64,000 nt of DNA from Macrostomum lignano (lineage: Eukaryota). Under the pieces are notes generated by a model. That model was not told the DNA's origin and did no database searches. It saw only the letters and a list, made by a program, of their open reading frames with translations. The DNA lies in contig NIVC01000825.1 of the NCBI GenBank assembly GCA_002269645.1, positions 281,695 through 345,694 of the forward strand, read 5' to 3'. A program made the translations under genes and the position numbers. This document shows positions 61,975-64,000 of this stretch, in pieces (position 1 is the stretch's first letter; every line of letters starts with the position of its first letter).

Positions 61975-64000
61975 CTCACTAATCACTGAAGTGCCTCACT
62001 CACTACTAATCACTGATGTGCCTCACTCACTAATCACTGATGTGCCTCACACACTAATCACTGAATGTGCCTCACTCACTAATCACTGAAGTGTCTCACA
62101 CACTAATCACTGAAGTGCCTCACTCACTAATCACTGAAGTGCCTCACTCACTAATCAATGAAGTGCCTCACTCACTAATCACTGAAGTGCCTCACTCACT
62201 AATCACTGAAGTGCCTCACTCACTAATCACTGATGTGCCTCACTCACTAATCACTGAATGTGCCTCACTCACTAATCACTGAGTGCCTCACTCACTAATC
62301 ACTGAATGTGCCTCACTCACTAATCACTGAAGTGCCTCACTCACTAATCACTGATGTGCCTCACACACTAATCACTGATGTGCCTCACTCACTAATCACT
62401 GATGTGCCTCACTCACTAATCACTGAATGTGTGCCTCAACTCACTAATCACTGAATGTGCCTCACTCACTAATCACTGATGTGTCTCACTCACTAATCAC
62501 TGATGTGCCTCACTCACTAATCACTGAAGTGTCTCACACACTAATCACTGAAGTGCCTCACTCACTAATCACTGAAGTGTCTCACACACTAATCACTGAT
62601 GTGCCTCACTCACTAATCACTGAAGTGCCTCACTCACTAATCACTGATGTGCCTCACTCACTAATCACTGAAGTGCCTCACTCACTAATCACTGAAGTGC
62701 CTCACACACTAATCACTGAAGTGCCTCACTCACTAATCACTGAAGTGCCTCACTCACTAATCACTGAAGTGCCTCACTCACTAATCACTGAAGTCTCACT
62801 CACTAATCACTGAAGTGCCTCACTCACTAATCACTGAAGTGCCTCACTCACTAATCACTGAAGTGCCTCACTCACTAATCACTGAAGTGCCTCACTCACT
62901 AATCACTGAAGTGCCTCACACACTAATCACTGAAGTGCCTCACTCACTAATCACTGAAGTGCCTCACTCACTAATCACTGAAGTGCCTCACTCACTAATC
63001 ACTGAAGTGCCTCACACACTAATCACTGAAGTGCCTCACTCACTAATCACTGATGTGCCTCACTCACTAATCAGCTGATGTGCCTCACACACTAATCACT
63101 GAAGTGCCTCACTCACTAATCCATGAAGTGCCTCACTCACTAATCACTGATGTGCCTCACACACTAATCACTGATGTGCCTCACTCACTAATCACTGAAT
63201 GTGCCTCACACACTAATCACTGAAGTGCCTCACTCACTAATCACTGATGCCTCACTCACTAATCACTGAAGTGCCTCACTCACTAATCACTGAAGTGCCT
63301 CACTCACTAATCACTGAAGTGCCTCACTCACTAATCACTGAAGTGCCTCACACACTAATCACTGAAGTGCCTCACTCACTAAATCACTGAAGTGCCTCAC
63401 TCACTAATCACTGAAGTGCCTCACTCACTAATCACTGAAGTGCCTCACTCACTAATCACTGAAGTGCCTCACTCACTAATCACTGATGTGCCTCACTCAC
63501 TAATCACTGATGTGCTCACACACTAATCACTGAAGTGCCTCACTCACTAATCACTGAAGTGCCTCACTCACTAATCACTGATGTGCCTCACACACTAATC
63601 ACTGATGTGCCTCACTCACTAATCACTGATGTGCCTCACACACTAATCACTGAAGTGCCTCACTCACTAATCACATGATGTGCCTCACTCACTAATCACT
63701 GAAGTGCCTCACTCACTAATCACTGATGTGCCTCACTCACTAATCACTGAAGTGCCTCACACACTAATCACTGAAGTGCCTCACTCACTAATCACTGATG
63801 TGCCTCACTCACTAATCACTGATGTGCCTCACACACTAATCACTGAAGTGCCTCACTCACTAATCACTGAAGTGCCTCACTCACTAATCACTGATGTGCC
63901 TCACACACTAATCACTGATGTGCCTCACTCACTAATCACTGAATGCTGCCTCACACACTAATCACTGAAGTGCCTCACTCACTAATCACTGAAGTGCCTC
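61975..64000. repeat. 24-bp minisatellite (GTGCCTCACTCACTAATCACTGAA), >80 copies, in a ZPR1 intron; runs off the window end
   Basis: Read directly; many single-base indel variants. Confidence 0.96.

Overview
Eukaryotic (metazoan) genomic DNA with GC-rich exons, AT-rich intergenic DNA and long intronic minisatellites. The architecture resembles a flatworm genome such as Macrostomum; this is an inference, not verified. Eight spliced or partial genes are supported. On the + strand: the 3' part of NAP1 (ends in CKQQ), an unrecognised tandem-PH-like gene, PP2A B55 (PPP2R2/twins) and eIF4A. On the - strand: an unrecognised coiled-coil gene, a divergent prominin-like 5-TM gene, NASP, and the 3' part of ZPR1. 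Most long introns carry their own 21-45 bp tandem array. Mobile DNA includes two inverted copies of a tRNA-derived CORE-like SINE, one interrupted by a 5'-truncated RNase H-type LINE with a 12-bp TSD, a decayed THAP/P-element-like transposase, a MITE-like palindrome and a possible Helentron-like end. B55, NASP, ZPR1 and the prominin 5' exon have single-base frameshifts, mostly in homopolymers, while NAP1 and eIF4A are intact; this could be long-read error or a decaying duplicate. The best leads are a candidate trans-spliced operon (ZPR1->NASP), the intron-specific minisatellite architecture with a shared core and decoy splice sites, the divergent prominin, and the THAP/P remnant. No CRISPR array or genuine RNA gene was found.
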